The notes under the pieces: generated by a model | Database searches by the model: none | Told to the model about the DNA's origin: nothing | The model's input: the letters and a program-made list of their open reading frames with translations, nothing else | Translations under genes and position numbers: made by a program | Origin: Octopus sinensis | Lineage: Eukaryota | DNA length: 64,000 nucleotides | Reading direction: 5' to 3' | Assembly (NCBI RefSeq): GCF_006345805.1 | Contig: NC_043000.1 | Location: 124,868,001-124,932,000 of the forward strand | Part shown: positions 37,885-50,260 of the stretch, piece after piece | How the letters are laid out: the number at the start of each line of letters is the position of its first letter | Numbering within the stretch: the first letter of the stretch is position 1

Positions 37885-39156
37885 GTGATAGCCAATACAG
37901 AAAACTAATATCACTGAATATACTGTGTCACATCCTGTCTCAAAAGTAGCACCAATACGCTACTAACATCTTATCTTAACATTTGGGCCTGAAAATAAAG
38001 AAAATAGCTGGTGTAACTTTGCTAGCATTAATACCACATAGCCTGAGTTGACCAATAGAGGCTTAAACATCTGAAGCCATCTTGAATTTCTCTTAAAACT
38101 CCTACTCTGCTCCAAGTAGCTGAAGAGGTGGGCATGTCCTATGTGCCCACAAAATCTCAAGTCATGTGGAATTGGATCAAACTGTTAAGAAGGCCATGTT
38201 CTATACTGCAGCATTTCATAAAGCTACTCTCCCTGATGTCTTTTAAAAAAATCTACAAGATACCAAAAGATAAACCCATTCATCCAAAATTGCTTGGATC
38301 AGCCGCTGGATTTGAAGAAATTCATTGTATTTTTAGTGATGTTCGGGAGTGTCTAACATTCCCCTGGCATGAGTGCCAATCAGGTAGTACTGTCATCAGC
38401 CATGTCAGTGATTTTGATTATGACTTCACTTGCCTCAATAAGTCTTTACAAGTAAAGTTTATTGTCAATTGAATGAGGAGTTGAAAAATTCTAATTGATA
38501 ACTATTATTAATTTACATTTTATGTATATCACCTTTAGTGTAACAACATGCAACAAATACAGGGGTTCCTGTTAAATTTCTTACTGATTTTTGCTAGAAT
38601 ATTTTTAAAACGTGTAGTTTAGATTTAGTTTAAATTTACAGTTGAACAACACTCAATTCGATTTCAGTGAGAAATGTTTTTTCATTGTTTTTCTTTTTTC
38701 TTTCGCTATCAATCTAATCTCCTAATATACAGCAAATGACTTTTTCCCCTGAAATCCAGGTGTTGGGGAGGGGCGTCGGAATCCCCCCTCACTTTGGAGT
38801 TATTTTTTTCCTCGTTTTTTTTCTTTGTGTGTGCTATCAATTAATCTCGGCTCCTAGTATACTGCAAAGGACTTTTTTCCCCTTTGCGGTATATTAGGAG
38901 ATCAGAATAGTGACTGTTCTTTTATGCCTAATAACTGCTATTTCTAGCATACTAAACAACCATGTTGAAGACTGGTTGCCTTTGAGTTCATTTAAAAGAG
39001 AGAGAAAGATGCTTTACATGACAAATTCCGATATAATTGTAATCTACACCATATTTATGTAGAAAATTTTATTAACAAATTATCCATGTTTCAGAAAGTT
39101 ACTACACACACATACACACACACATATATGTACATATATATACATGTATACACACA

Positions 39157-39570
39157 CATACCCATGCCAACCCCCTTTGCTTGCGAAGACATGTTGGGGC
39201 AAGCGAAATCGAAATCGAATTGAACCAGCCAGGATCCCTGGTCTGGTGGTACGTAAAAAGCACTATCTGACTCGTGGCCGATGCCAGCGCCGCCTCAACT
39301 GGCTTCTGTGCCAGTGGCACATAAAATACACCAATCCGACCATGGCTGTTGCCAGCCTCGCCTGGCACCTGTGCAGGTGGCACGTAAAAAGCACCCACTA
39401 CACTCACGGAGTGGTTGGCGTTAGGAAGAGCATCCAGCTGTAGAAACATTGCCAGATAAGACTGGAGCCTGGTGCAACCTTCTGGCTTCCCAGATCCCCG
39501 GTCGAACCGTCCAACCCATGCTATCATGGAGAACGGACGTTAAACGATGATGATGATGATGATGATGATA
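39157..39570 (+). mobile_element. Family C element, longest copy
   Basis: Three subrepeats, AGCATCCAGCTGTAGAAAC motif, CCATG..CATGG hairpin, (GAT)n tail. Confidence 0.88.
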
Positions 39571-40204
39571 TACATACACACACACATATAAATATATACA
39601 TAATATGTGTATGTATATATATGCATATTGTCATTATCATCATCATCATTTAGCGTTTGACAGGGGCCAACAAGCCAGGGGCTACATCTGGCACCTGTCT
39701 GGTTTGGCATGTTTTTTGTGGCTGGATGCTCTTCCTAACGTCTCCACTTTATAGCGTGGACTGATTGTTTTTAGGTGGCACTGCATGGTGACATGGTTTT
39801 AATGGCTGGATGTCCTTCTAATGTCTTCACTTTACAATATAGACTGAGTGCTTTTACGTGGCACTGCATGGTTGCATAGTTTCAATGGCTGGATTTTTAC
39901 ATTTTTATGACTTTTATATTTATGATTTTACAAACCTTAGTGCAAGTTGACTAGGAACCTGGCCAACCAAAATTGTTCCCAATTGGGCCCCACACTTCCT
40001 AAGCCTGGCCCTGCATATACATATATATAATCCGTAAGTGGAACAGTAAAAATATGCAAGACTTTTTTCAGGTTTAGAATATGACATTGTTTTCGTTATC
40101 TACATTCCAATGATGGGGCCTTATACCTTTGTTAGGAAACCAGCTCCTTCCTCAGAGGAAGAATTCAAATAATTAAAAACAAAAGAGAAAATGTGTGTGT
40201 GTGC

Positions 40205-40625
40205 ACACATCATCATCATCATCATCGTTTAAAATCCGCTTTCCATGCTAGCATGGGTTGGACGATTTGACTGAGGTCTGGCAAACCAGATGGCTGCACC
40301 AGGCTCCAATCTGATCTGGCAGAGTTTCTACAGCTGGATGCCCTTCCTAACGCCTACCACTCCAAGAGTGTAGTGGGTGCTTTTACATGCCACAAGCACG
40401 AGGGCCAGTCAGGTGGTACTGGCAATGGCCACGCTCAAATGGTGGTTTTTTTATGTGCCACCTGCACAGGAGCCAGTCTAGTGGCATTGGCAACGTCCTT
40501 GCTTGAATGTTTTTTCACGTGCCACCAGCACAAGTGCTAGTGAGACAATGCAGGTAATGATCATGCTCGAATTGTGTTTTTAACATGCCATCAGCATGGA
40601 GGCCAGCTTGTTGCTCTGACAACCT
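40205..40625 (-). mobile_element. Family C element with subrepeats
   Basis: Reverse-complement homology to 14340-14685. Confidence 0.85.
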
Positions 40626-41009
40626 CACATGTGTTTATATGCATGTGTGTGTGTGTGTATGTGTGCATATGTGAGTGAGTTTTTATTTTCTCTAGTTTTC
40701 GCATGTGTGTATGTAGACTGTAAACAAAAAGCCTCACCATTTATATAAACTGTTGTTGGTTTGTAGTCTTCCACAAAAACATGTCTAGGCTTCCTGGCTT
40801 GTTCTGCTCTATTTGTAGATAGAAACCTCTCCAGTCATGCAAATAGTGCTGGTTGTTTTCAGTCTGCTGTGGAAACACATCCAGGCTGTTCAGGTTTTGA
40901 CAAATGGTGGGATTTATTACCTTGCTTTGAAATAGATGAGGGTTGGAACCAGGAAAAGCATCCAGCTATAGAAAACTCTGCCTCAGTGTAGTCTCATCTG
41001 ATCCATGCA

Positions 41010-41465
41010 TACTGTAAATCCTCGAGTATAATCCGCATTTTTTCCCCAAAATTTAATGGTCAAACTCCCTAGTGCGTACTATATACGAGGTTAAAAATGA
41101 AAAATATTTTTCAAGCAATGTCAAGCTAAACCTGAAAGCAATGAAGTCATAAAAGAATCATCCATAACTTGCAGTAAGCAACATTAATTAAAATAAAAGT
41201 ATTCAGAACACAGAATAACATGTAACAAAAACAATTTGCAAACATATTTACATTCCCATATAACAGTTAAGAACATCATCATTATTGTATTACGCATATG
41301 CAGAAGTGTTTGTTCGACTAGGTGCTGCTGGCTTAATTACACATGACTCAAGTTAGAGAAGGAGTGTGTATTATACACAAGGTTTAGGTTTTTCAGAAGT
41401 ACAACCCTCTAAAAATCCCCTGCGTATTATATTCAAGGGCGGACTATACTCGAGGATTTATGGTA
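41010..41465. mobile_element. Tc1/mariner-superfamily (pogo-like) MITE, TA-flanked
   Basis: TIRs TACTGTAAATCCTCGAGTATAATCCGC / GCGGACTATACTCGAGGATTTATGGTA. Confidence 0.88.
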
Positions 41466-41954
41466 CATGGAAAAGTAGACAGTAAAATGATGATGACGAT
41501 GAAGACGATGCCAATGACAATAACGGTGAGTGTGTATTTTGGACTACAGTATTCAATGTTTCCTTATATTTTAAGACAGTAAACTGTGACTTGAAGAAAA
41601 CTTAGTTGTTACTTCTAAGAAAACAACATACTGCACAGATGCCTCCTTATTAGCTTGTATATATTTTTTTGAGACTGAGGCATTGTAGGAGGTAAGGAAA
41701 GTAACTGCTTTCTAGAGAGGGGAATTGAATGTTTGTTTTTTTTTTATTATTGATGGCAGTCAATTAAGAAATGGTAGCTTCAACATTGGTAAATCACGCA
41801 GAATATAACGGAGAGATGCGTGATGATGGTTGGAGGCGACAACCATTATATTAGCGGAAAGGCTTGTGGTAATATTCATACCATTAGGTTTAGCAAGTGT
41901 ATGTATGGGAAAGTTAGATATTTGGAATGACAATTTGCAATTTAATGTCAAGGA

Positions 41955-42216
41955 GAGCAACAACAACAACAGCAAGAAGGAGAAGAAGAAGAAGAAGAAG
42001 AAGAAGAAGAAGAAGGAGGAGAAGGAGGAGGAGGAGGAGGAAGAGGAGGAGATGGAGAAGAAGAAGAAGGAAAAGAAGGAGGAGGAGGAGGAGGAGGAGG
42101 AGAAGGACAACAAAGAGAAGGAGAAGAAGAAGAAGAAGAAGAATGAGAAGAAGGAAGAGAAGGAGAAGGAGAAGAAGAAGAAGAAGAAGAAGAAGAAGAA
42201 GAAGAAGAAGAAGAAG

Positions 42217-42247
<31 letters not shown>

Positions 42248-42250
42248 GCA
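41955..42250. repeat. (CAA)n-(GAA/GAG)n-(CAA)n array
   Basis: Directly visible. Confidence 0.96.
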
Positions 42251-42481
42251 GTGATTTTAACAGAAATAACTCCATTAATAATAATAAAATAAAGAACTCT
42301 ACCAACAGAAGCAGATTGGCAATGATAATAATAAGAACAATAATCACTACAAGAACATCATAACGAGAAGAATACTGTTTCTAGAGGTAATGTTAAGAGA
42401 AACAATGACAGCATTGAAAATCTCAACAATAATAATGATGGTGATGATGAAATAAGAAATTCTGAAGTAGTCAGGCAGTCG

Positions 42482-43075
42482 GCTAGAAATAGCAACCAAA
42501 TATCTCTCAAAAATTTCCAGCAAAATCATGACAATGATGTAATAAGGAAGATGTCTGCATGTGGTTTATCAGCAAGCTAGAAATAGCAACCAAATATCTC
42601 TCAAAAATATCCACCAAAATCATGACAATGGGGAATTAAGGAAGATGTCTGCATGTGGTTTATCAGAAAGTTAGAATAGCAACCAAACATTTCTCAAAAA
42701 TGACCAACAAAATCCTGACAATGATGATCTAAGATAGATGTCTGCATGTGGTTTTTTTAGCAAGCTAGAAATAACAACCAAACGTCTCCCAAAAACATTC
42801 AGCAAAATTATGACAATGATGAAATAAGGAAGAAGTCTGCATGTGGTCTATCATCAAGCTAGAAATAGCAACCAAACATCTCTTAAAAACATCCAGCAAA
42901 ACCATGACTGATGAAATAAAGATGTCTGCATGTGGTTTATCGACAAGCTAGAAATAGCAGCCAAACATCTCTTAAAAACATCCACCAAAATCATGTTTGA
43001 TTAATTACAGAAGAAGTCTACATGTGGTCTATCAACTTGCTAGAAATAGCAGCCAAACGTTTCCCCCAAAAAGTC
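42482..43075. repeat. Minisatellite, about 6.4 copies of a 94-bp unit
   Basis: GCTAGAAATAG-like starts at 42482, 42576, 42670, 42764, 42858, 42947 and 43039. Confidence 0.93.
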
Positions 43076-43195
43076 AGGAAAGAAAATGACAGTATTGAAA
43101 ATATAAATAGTAACTCCTTCTAGAGAAGAAAACTTAATTTGAAATTTCAATTAGAATTAAGTGTTGTCATCATGTGCAGTTTTTGCACATCTCAC

Positions 43196-43201
43196 CAGCA
43201 A
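43196..43201 (-). CDS. Candidate 6-nt microexon TTGCTG
   Basis: Acceptor TGCATTTTTTCCCTTTTAG, donor TG|GTGAGA. Confidence 0.28.
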
Positions 43202-43440
43202 CTAAAAGGGAAAAAATGCAAGTAGTGTGGTGTGACAACATCAGACATATTTCAGTTTTATTAATCTCTTCAGTAAAACATTGTCATTACTGTGAGTGCT
43301 AAATCTGTAATAATAAATTACTGCATAAACATGCAATAATGCAGACAATAGTTTGATACCTAAAGTTTCTGATTTCAAATCCAATCAACCTTGTATTTTT
43401 TTAACTTTTAACAATTCGGTGTGACACCAGTGCAAAATCA

Positions 43441-43777
43441 CCTCCCTCCAACAAGTCATCCTAATGAGACGTCTGCGTTGGCTGAGTCATGCCCTCCGTC
43501 GTCAACCAGGAGAATTCATCTATGAAGCAATTGCCCCAGCTCCCCTTCAGGGTTGGCGAAAATGATGTGGTGGACAATGAAAAACCTGGCTGATGACAGT
43601 CAAGGCTGATCTGGAACCCAACCGAGGCCCCCATGGAATAGGGAGTGGTTGGAGATCATGCAATCGTTAGCCTCAATTTGCCAGGCCTGGTCAGCATTTG
43701 TGAGAGATGCAGCATTGAGGATGAATGAAGCCAGCTCAACCCACCCCGGGTGAATGCTGTCTCAAGTCAAGTCAAGT
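43441..43777 (+). pseudogene. RTE LINE 3' remnant with (CAAGT)n tail
   Basis: RRLRWLSHALRRQPGEFIYEAI...GWRK*CGGQ*KTWLMTVKADLE...WSAFVRDA; related to 9631-9954. Confidence 0.8.
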
Positions 43778-43825
43778 GAACTTTTAAGGGTTGATGAAAT
43801 AAACACTTGTAAAATACTTGGATTG

Positions 43826-44130
43826 TGGAGACACACGACCTAGTGGTTAGAGCAGCGAACTCGCAGTCGAGGGATGACGGGTTCGAATATTGGCCCGGGC
43901 GATGTGTGTGTTTATGAGTGAAACACCTAAACTTACGTGGTTCCAGCAGAAGGGTAATGGTGAACTTCTGCTACTCTTTCACCATAACTTTCTCTCATTC
44001 TTTCCTCCAGCATCTAGCAGCTCACCTGTGACGGACTGGTGTCCCATTTAAGTGGGGAACCTATACACCAATAAAACTGAGAAAACAGCCCTTATGAGCC
44101 AGGCGTGGCTTGAGAAGGAACAACAACAAC
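43826..44130 (+). mobile_element. Full-length SINE: D-like head with an alternative 3' module, TSD-flanked
   Basis: TSD AAAATACTTGG at 43811-43821 and 44131-44141; (AAC)n tail. Confidence 0.82.
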
Positions 44131-44211
44131 AAAATACTTGGGTTAATTCTATCAAATACACTTTTAGATTCCAACAGAATTTTGTATGAAAAAGACAGCC
44201 ATTTATTCTTA

Positions 44212-44590
44212 TAGCTGTGTGGTTAAGTAGTTTATTTCCCAGCCATATAGTTTTGGGTTCAGTCCCTCTATGGAGCACCTTGGGCAAGCGTCTTCTACAA
44301 TATCCATGGGCCGACTAAAAAAAATTCTTGTGAGTGGATTTTAGTCGACAGAACCTGAAAGAAGTCCATCATATATGTGTGTGTGAGTGTGTGTATGTAC
44401 ATGTTTTTCTGTTTGTGTTTGTGCCCCAACACCACTTGAAGGTGTTGGCTTCTTTATGTCTCCATAACTTTGCAGTTCAAAAATGGTGACCAATAGAATA
44501 GGTTGCAGACTTTTAGAAAATAAGTACAAGGTTTAATTTGCTCAGCTAAAACGTTTCAAGGTGGTACCTTAGCATGGCCACAACTCAAAA
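44212..44590 (+). mobile_element. SINE family A (diverged)
   Basis: Homology. Confidence 0.8.
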
Positions 44591-44720
44591 TTCAAGAACA
44601 AAATTCAAGCAAGAAGAAAATAGTCCATAGACAGAATAATAGTGCAACAGTTTCTGAAAATTAATGACATAAAAGGATATTGTATTTCGTTATACAATCA
44701 TCATAATATACTACAAAGTA

Positions 44721-45025
44721 TGGAGGCACAATGGCCCCATGGTTAGGGCAGCGGACTCACAGTCATAGGATCACAGTTTTGCTTCCAAGACCGGGCATTG
44801 TGAATGTTTATTGAACGAAAACACCTAAATATCCATGAGGCTCCAGCAGCGGGTGGTGGTAAACCCTGCTGTACGCTTTCACCACAACTTTCTCTCACTA
44901 TTTCTTCCTGTTTCTGTATTTCTTCCTGTATTTCAAAGAGCCAGCCTTGTCACACTCTGTGTCACGCTGAATCTCCCCAAGAACTACATCAAGGGTACAC
45001 ATGTCTGTGGAGTGCATGTGAACTA
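44721..45025 (+). mobile_element. SINE family D
   Basis: Homology. Confidence 0.88.
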
Positions 45026-45514
45026 CGATGAAGAAAATATGAGGAAGATATAGTATATAATTTTTTTTTTTATGCAGGTATTCCTTGAGACGTAATTTAT
45101 TTTAAAGGTTAGGCAAGGGTAAAAAGATTGAGAAACACTGCAATAATGTGTCATCGTAACTAACGGAGTGCCATGACTCCAACGTATATTAAACAGTTTT
45201 ATAAGTTTATATTGTGTTCTATTGTATTAACAATGCTATTACATCACTTATTAAAGTTATCTTGACAGGTTTTCTATAGAAATTATAGCCAGAAAACCTT
45301 AAGTTCCTGAAAATTATAATATATTGTTATTCTTCCTTTTGACAGTTAATAGAAGAATACTTGGCCCTGTGATTTTGACCAACTTATTTTTGTTATAATG
45401 AAGGATGATGTTGATGATTTAAAAAAATATATACATATTACAAATCTAATAGCAATGGCCAAAGAAAAATCTGTTACATTGTCATCAAAGAGGATAGAAG
45501 AAAATAGGAATGAA

Positions 45515-45735
45515 AAAAATAGATGAGACTAGAAGAAAATTAAAGAAAATAGAGAAAAGAAGCAATTGGAAGAAATGAGATGAGAGTAGAAGAAATAAGA
45601 TGAGAATAGATGAGAATAGAAAAAATTGGAAGAAAATAGATGAGAAAAGAAAAAAAGTTGAAAGAAAACAGATGATAAAAGAAAAAATTGGAAGAAAAGA
45701 GATGAGAATAGAAGAAACTGGAAGAAAACAGTACA
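45515..45735. repeat. Purine-rich minisatellite of about 30 bp
   Basis: Unit AATTGGAAGAAAATAGATGAGAATAGAAAA, about 7 diverged copies. Confidence 0.8.
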
Positions 45736-46234
45736 GATAAAAGAAAACAAACCAAAATCATAAAGAACAGGAAGTATTTTGTTAGAACTGTGATGAAGTT
45801 CAGAGAATGGCTGGATAGAAATTGTTTGAAAGGCAAGATGAAATGAAAAGGTTCTTTGTAATCCCTAGCACAAGATAATTATCATAACACTGAATGAATT
45901 GTTTGACAAGCCAATCATTTACATATGTCTGAAAAGGCTGTCACACACTTATTAGAACATTGCACAATAGCATAAAGAATTTCCAGGATTGTTGTTGTTG
46001 TTGATGCTACTGCTTAGCTCCAGGTCATCATCGACCAGGGAAACCTTTAACCAAAGACAATTACATCCATAACAGACTTATATTTAGATTCAAACATAAA
46101 ATGTATATATATGGGGTGCACACTGATGGTTAGTTATAATAATAATTTCTTGATAAAACTTGATGCGATTAGGAGATTGAATTTTAAGTCGAAGACCAAG
46201 GAAGAAGGTGCATAGGAAACAGATTCTTTCCTTT

Positions 46235-47122
46235 TTTTTATTCTTTTATTTGTTTCAGTCATTTGATTGTGGCCATGCTGGAGCATCACCTTTAGTCCAA
46301 CAAATCGACCCCAGAATTTATTCTTTGTAAGCCTAATACTCATTCTATTGAGCTCTTTTGTCAAACCTCTAAGTTCCAGGGATGTAAACACACCAACATC
46401 AGTTGTCAAGCGATGGTGGGGGAGAAACACAGACATACAATCTTATACATATACATACATACATACACACACATATATATATATATACACACATACATAC
46501 ACAATGGGCTTCTTTCAGTTTCCATCTACCAGATCCACTCACAAGGCTTTGGTCAGCCTGAGGCTATAGTAGAAGATACTTGCCCGAGGTGCCACGCAGT
46601 GGGACTGAACCTGGAACCATGTGGTTGAGAAGCAAGCTTCTCACCACACAGCCACTCCTTTTTTTCCTTCTTCATTTTCTTTTTTTTACTTTTTACTTGT
46701 CTCTGTCATTAGATGATGGCCATACTGGGGCACCACCTTGAAGAAGTTTAACTGAATGAATCAATCCCACTACTTCTTTTTTTAAGCCTTGTACTTATTT
46801 TATCAGCCTCTTTTGTTGAACTGCTAAGTTGCAGGGACGTAAACACACCAACACTGGTTGTCAAGCAGCGAAGGGGGACAAACACACATACAAAGACAGA
46901 CAGACATGCACACACATTGTCTCACACACACACAGACACACACACATAAATATAGACATTAGTGTGTTTACATCTCTGTAGCCTTAGCGGTTCACCAAAA
47001 GAGTCCAACAGAATAAGTACTGGGATTACAAAGAATAAGTCCTGAGGGTGATTTGTTCGGCTAAAGGCAGTGCTCCAGCATGGCTGCAGTCAAATGACTG
47101 AAACAAGTAAAAGAATAAAAGA
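46235..47122. mobile_element. Cluster of three family A copies: full (-) 46235-46657, 3' half (-) 46685-46900, 3' half (+) 46960-47122
   Basis: Homology. Confidence 0.85.
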
Positions 47123-47668
47123 ATTAAAAAATAAATGCCAAGCAAAGAAATTTAAAATTTAAAATTTATTACATATATTTATATTGTATTTAAGAAATCG
47201 ATACATAATAAAAACTTATATGTTATTTAATTACTTTCTATTTCATAGGTAAAATCAAAACAAACTGCAACTATGTTGATAATGTATTAAAACAACAATA
47301 ACAGCTGCTTTTGTCTTGCTTTCATATTAACAAAGTGATTTATCATTTTGTTATAATTTATTTCAGTAGAAGCGAATTAATTGTAACATTTTCAAAGAGA
47401 ACAAGCAAAACAGAAAAGCTGTCCTCACCCAGACAATCTCTTTTCACCTATTGTAAAACAAACACTGAGTATACAGAACAAACTGGTGAGGGATTGTCAA
47501 CCAGCTAGAAACAACAACTAAATCTCATTCAATTCAAGCTCTGCCATTCTAAAAAATGGAAAAGAGAGATCATATAGAACAGTCTTTATCATTATCATCA
47601 TCATCATCATCATCGTTTAATGTCCATTTTCCATGCTGGCATGGGTTGGACGATTTGCCTGAGTTGTT

Positions 47669-47995
47669 ATTGAATGGCACAAGGAACATTCTAATGAAGT
47701 TGAACATCTTATCTGGCCACCACAGTCCCCAGATTTCAGTATTATTGAACGTTTATGGAGCATTTTCGAAAAACATGTAAGGAGTCGATGTCCTCCAGTG
47801 TCATCACTACAAGAACTAGAGACTGTTTTAGCTGAAGAATGGACAAAAATTCCTTTGGAAAAAATTCAAACTTTGTATGAGTCCATGCCTCATAGAATTA
47901 AAGCTGTAATTACTGCCAAAGGCAGTCCTACCCCATATTAAAATAAATTTATTTGAGATTTTAAGGTGTTTCCATTATTTTGTCCAACTCCTGTA
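47669..47995 (+). pseudogene. Tc1-family transposon 3' remnant
   Basis: EHLIWPPQSPDFSIIERLW...EEWTKIP...LYESMPHRIKAVITAKGSPTPY*; right TIR GGTGTTTCCATTATTTTGTCCAACTCCTG+TA. Confidence 0.92.
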
Positions 47996-48190
47996 GATTG
48001 TAGGGTATCTCTAACGTTTTCAGATGTTTTTACAGATTGGGTGGTATTGAACCCAATGATCTGATGACAAAAGGGATAATCTTTATGTTCGACTCTTGTA
48101 GCTGCCACTCAATTCACAGGTCTCCATATTTATCAACTTCTCTTTTTTTCATATGTTTATTTCCTGGCACTGCGATGTTGCTTATTAGGC

Positions 48191-48248
<58 letters not shown>

Positions 48249-48250
<2 letters not shown>

Positions 48251-48703
48251 GTGAGAGAGCAGTGCATGCCAACAAAGTAACACTGGGGTACAAATATACG
48301 AAGCCCAATATACCCATCTTTACTACTCATCTGATAAGGGTACACCAGGCACATGCATCACAACCAAGCGTGCATGACATGGTGATCTTATATCAAGATA
48401 AACAGCACATGACCTTGCAGGTGGGGCCCAGTTAGAATTTTTTTCTGGTTGAGTAGCCCATCCTGCTCAAAAGGTCCCTGAATAAGTATTAAGGATGTTG
48501 AACGAACCACCCATGTTTCCAAAGGTGAATTATCCAAACCTCTAATAAATCCTTTCAACACATGACTATGATGCTCCCCCACTACTTCTGCTCATGATCA
48601 GAGATGCACATATTGTCAGCCACTAAGGGGCATGCTCAACTGGTTAAGGTCAAACAACTGACAAGCAAATCTGTGGTATTGAGCAGAATATTTGCTGTAG
48701 CCC
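48249..48703 (-). mobile_element. Unclassified retroelement 3' UTR-like insert between (TAA)n tracts
   Basis: 455-bp complex sequence; the minus strand ends CTCTCTCACTT(AAT)n and is preceded by (AAT)n. Orientation and retro nature are inference. Confidence 0.5.
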
Positions 48704-48715
48704 ATTATTATTATT

Positions 48716-48801
<86 letters not shown>

Positions 48802-48819
48802 CACTACTACTATCATCAT

Positions 48820-48879
<60 letters not shown>

Positions 48880-48880
<1 letters not shown>

Positions 48881-50260
48881 GCTCTCTCCACTCCTTTTCT
48901 GCTTGGCACTGTCACCTCTATCTGATATGCTAAATAGAACTGGATGCGGATATAAATTTTACGGCAAAACGATCAGCCACCTTTTATATATGGATGACCT
49001 AAAACTATACGCTGCAAATGACAAACAGCTGGAAACACTATTAAAGACAGTTCATGGATTTACCAAAGAAATAGATATGAAATTTGGATTAGAAAAATGC
49101 GCCAAAGTAACCATGAAAAGAGGAAAACTAATTTAGAGTAACAACATCACACTAGATAAAACCAATGAAATAAAAGAATTAGACCAAAGCCAAACTTACA
49201 AATACTTAGGAATCCATGAACTAGATAAGACACAACACACACAAATGAAAGAGAAAATAAAAAAAGAATATAGACGAGTTAGATCAATACTAAAAACAGA
49301 GCTCAATGCTGAAAACAAGATAATAGGTATCAACACTTTAGCTGTCCCAGTTATAAGTTACAGCTACAATATCCTTAACTGGACACAAAATGAACTGTCC
49401 AAAATAGATAGGAAAACAAGAAAAATACTGACAGGATCTAGGATGCATCACCCAAAATCTGACATAGAAAGACTATATATACAACGTATAGAGGCCTTAT
49501 ACAGCTGGAAAACTACTATAAAATAACCACCATAGGACTGCAAAAATATCTACTTCAGAAGGAAGGAAAACTGATCCAGATAGCAGCAAAACACGAGCAA
49601 AACAAAAAACTGTTCTCAGTATTTAAGGAAGCTGACAAATACAAACAAGAAATCATACCACCTAATAAACACGAAGAAGAAGAAGAAGATGATGAAGAAA
49701 CAACAAAAGCTATAAAACAAATGAAATCCAAACTAAAAATAGAACAGCAACGAACCATGATAAAACGATGGCAAGAAAAGCCCCTTCATGGTAAATACTG
49801 CACTAAACTATGCCGATACACACAGATAGAGAAATTAAGGCCAACAGACCAGATATAGTTGTCAGAGATCATGAAGAAAAAAAATGCTTTCTAATTGATG
49901 TATCAATACCGGCAGATGACAACGTGTCTCTAAAAGAAATGGAGAAACTCTCAAAATACAAAGACCTGGAAATAGAGGTAACTAGAATGTGGAATCTGAA
50001 AACAGAAACAATTCCTATCATAGTAGGTGCAGTAGGCATGATAAAAAAATATTCAGACAAATACATAACAAAAACACCAGGACTTACAAACACATATAAC
50101 ATACAGAAAATTGCACTACTAGGCACTGCACACATCCTACGCAGAACACTTTCCATACAATAACCATCAGAGCATCACAACAAATCACAGCACATACCCA
50201 AGGCACACAGAGCTGCGCTCGGTAGTGAAGTGAAAGCACGCTATAAAAATAAAACTACTG
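48880..50260 (+). mobile_element. 5'-truncated R4/Dong-clade non-LTR retrotransposon in (TAA)n
   Basis: RT ALSPLLFCLAL...HLLYMDDLKLY...FGLEKCAK...YKYLG; RLE endonuclease RPDIVVRD..FLIDVSIP..EKLSKYKDL; (AAT)n on both sides; stop at 49134 and frameshifts. Confidence 0.92.

Noticed and set aside
38128-38472. 114-codon plus-strand ORF in unique sequence
   Set aside because: No recognisable motif or splice context; likely a chance ORF or decayed TE
40080-40170. Minus-strand CTGAGGA-AGGAG..TCCT motif as a further hammerhead
   Set aside because: GAAA core and cleavage triplet are missing; insufficient
42482-43075. CRISPR-like repeat-spacer appearance of the 94-bp array
   Set aside because: The whole unit is homologous between copies (no unique spacers), the context is eukaryotic, and there are no cas genes
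47429-47447. 19-nt minus-strand mini-exon candidate
   Set aside because: Moderate splice sites, not frame-preserving, no phase partner identified
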